DNA of 64,000 nt, taken from the NCBI RefSeq assembly GCF_009914755.1, contig NC_060936.1. One strand, written 5' to 3'. Below are positions 62,613 to 64,000 of this stretch, one piece after another. The position numbers and the translations under genes are program-made. Within the stretch, counting starts at the first letter, position 1. The number at the start of each line of letters is the position of its first letter. The notes below the pieces were generated by a model. The model did not search any database, was not told where the DNA came from, and saw nothing but the letters and a program-made list of their open reading frames with translations. This stretch comes from the human T2T-CHM13v2.0 reference genome, Homo sapiens.

Positions 62613-64000
62613 TGAAGCATATTTGAGAGTATAAACAGAAAAAATATCTGATTTAAATTACAAAAATAATTTGCACATTATTTTAAAAAATAATGCAACT
62701 ATCGCATGAAGGGCATACATAGAAAACAGAATATAATTTAAAGCTAGATACAGCTTTAGGGTTTATTTATTCCTCTATATTTTGCAGTTAGATGCGTGAG
62801 GCTATATAAAGTAGGGCATATTATATACAGGCTAATTCTAAGCAGATACCAAAAGTCAATCAGTTGCACAAAAGTTTACTGAAATCAGAATCTGTTTTAC
62901 CATGGAATCTCTCTCAGATACCACTCATCATATTAGTTTCACAAAAGTTATATGTAGGAGTTCCCATGGATATTTCACAGGGAAATGTCATTTCATGAAA
63001 TGCGTATTCTTTACCATCAGCTAGAACTGTTATCCCTGGCTGTGCATCTGAGTTTTCTTTCTTTTTTAATCCAACTTCCTGAGTCCAATTTTAGAGGGCC
63101 CAATTTGCTAGGTCAAATTCAAGAGTATGGGTTTTTGAAAAAGTCTACAGGCAATTCTGATAAATGTTTTGTTTTAAAACAATTACCCTGTTGCTTTGGC
63201 GTTCCCTCCCAGATATCTGCGTAGTATCTTGCTTTGGTGATTTAGGCTGGACTTCTCTTGCAGTTTACACTTAAAGCCTGGATTAGCCTCAGGCCGAATA
63301 GTCTGCCACTCGCTTGTCTATTTCTTAAGCCAATGCCCTAGTCTTGACTTTCAGAATATTATTTAATACTCTAACTGTAGGAGAAGGATAATAATAAAGA
63401 ATACAAAAAACCCTGCCTTTAATGAGAAAAATAGAGTTTCAATAACTTTTTTTAAAAATATTTTTTAGTCTCAAAAAAGCTACTCTTTTCTAGTTTGCCT
63501 TCCTAGGACAGAGTGTCATCTTTGCACCCTGATAAATACATGAGTAACGAGTTGCCAAAGAGAACTGTCTCCAAGAAAGAAGAGTTCACATGAAAGATAA
63601 ATGATCTAAGAGAAAGCCAAGAGAAGATTGACTTTACCTCACTACAGTCCTCTTTATTATATCTGCTTATTTTCCATCCTACCATATTTCAACACTCTTC
63701 TATTGAGAAGTACATAGCAAATATTGATACTAATGATACAAGGTCTCAGAATTTAGGGTGACATTTTATTGGTCTTAATTTTGAGGTAGCTATGAAACCA
63801 CTCAGCAGATAGTATGATTTAGATGAAGGGGAAAAAAAGCAAGTAAAAAATATATTCTCTGTTGAAGCTGCAAAATAACTGACCAAAATTATAGTAAAAT
63901 GTTAGTCCTTGAAACTTTAAGAATTTACTAGTTTAGATGAGTATTTTCTATTTTCCCCAAATAATTGATCGAATATTTCTAAATTTTTTACAGTTAGACT

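Overview
AT-rich, repeat-dense primate genomic DNA, almost certainly human: it carries an AluYb8 and an SVA. It is intergenic or deep-intronic. No protein-coding gene, structural RNA gene or CRISPR array can be supported. The listed ORFs are chance frames or fragments of Alu, L1, SVA or ERV sequence. Most of the window is a nested stack of transposable elements: several L1s (near-full-length L1MA-like at 26.5-34.2 kb and L1MB2-like at 39.2-48.1 kb), about 13 Alu/FLAM copies, MaLR and ERV1 solo LTRs, L2, MIR, and DNA transposon remnants (MER5, Tigger4/MER46, MER75 piggyBac, half a MADE1). Most notable observations: (1) a 2.6-kb two-LTR, pol-less provirus combining ERV-L-type gag, a Ser-tRNA-like PBS and a gamma-type env remnant; (2) an L1PA insertion with both a 3' transduction and a 14-bp twin-priming inversion; (3) an SVA with a 3' transduction; (4) an ~80-bp retrocopy of the HNRNPA1 3' end; (5) a candidate 12-nt SRRM4-type microexon; (6) an old ~200-bp local duplication. 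Repeat subfamily names come from my recall of consensus sequences, not from a search, and boundaries of old elements are approximate. I see no convincing evidence of a wholly new biological system.
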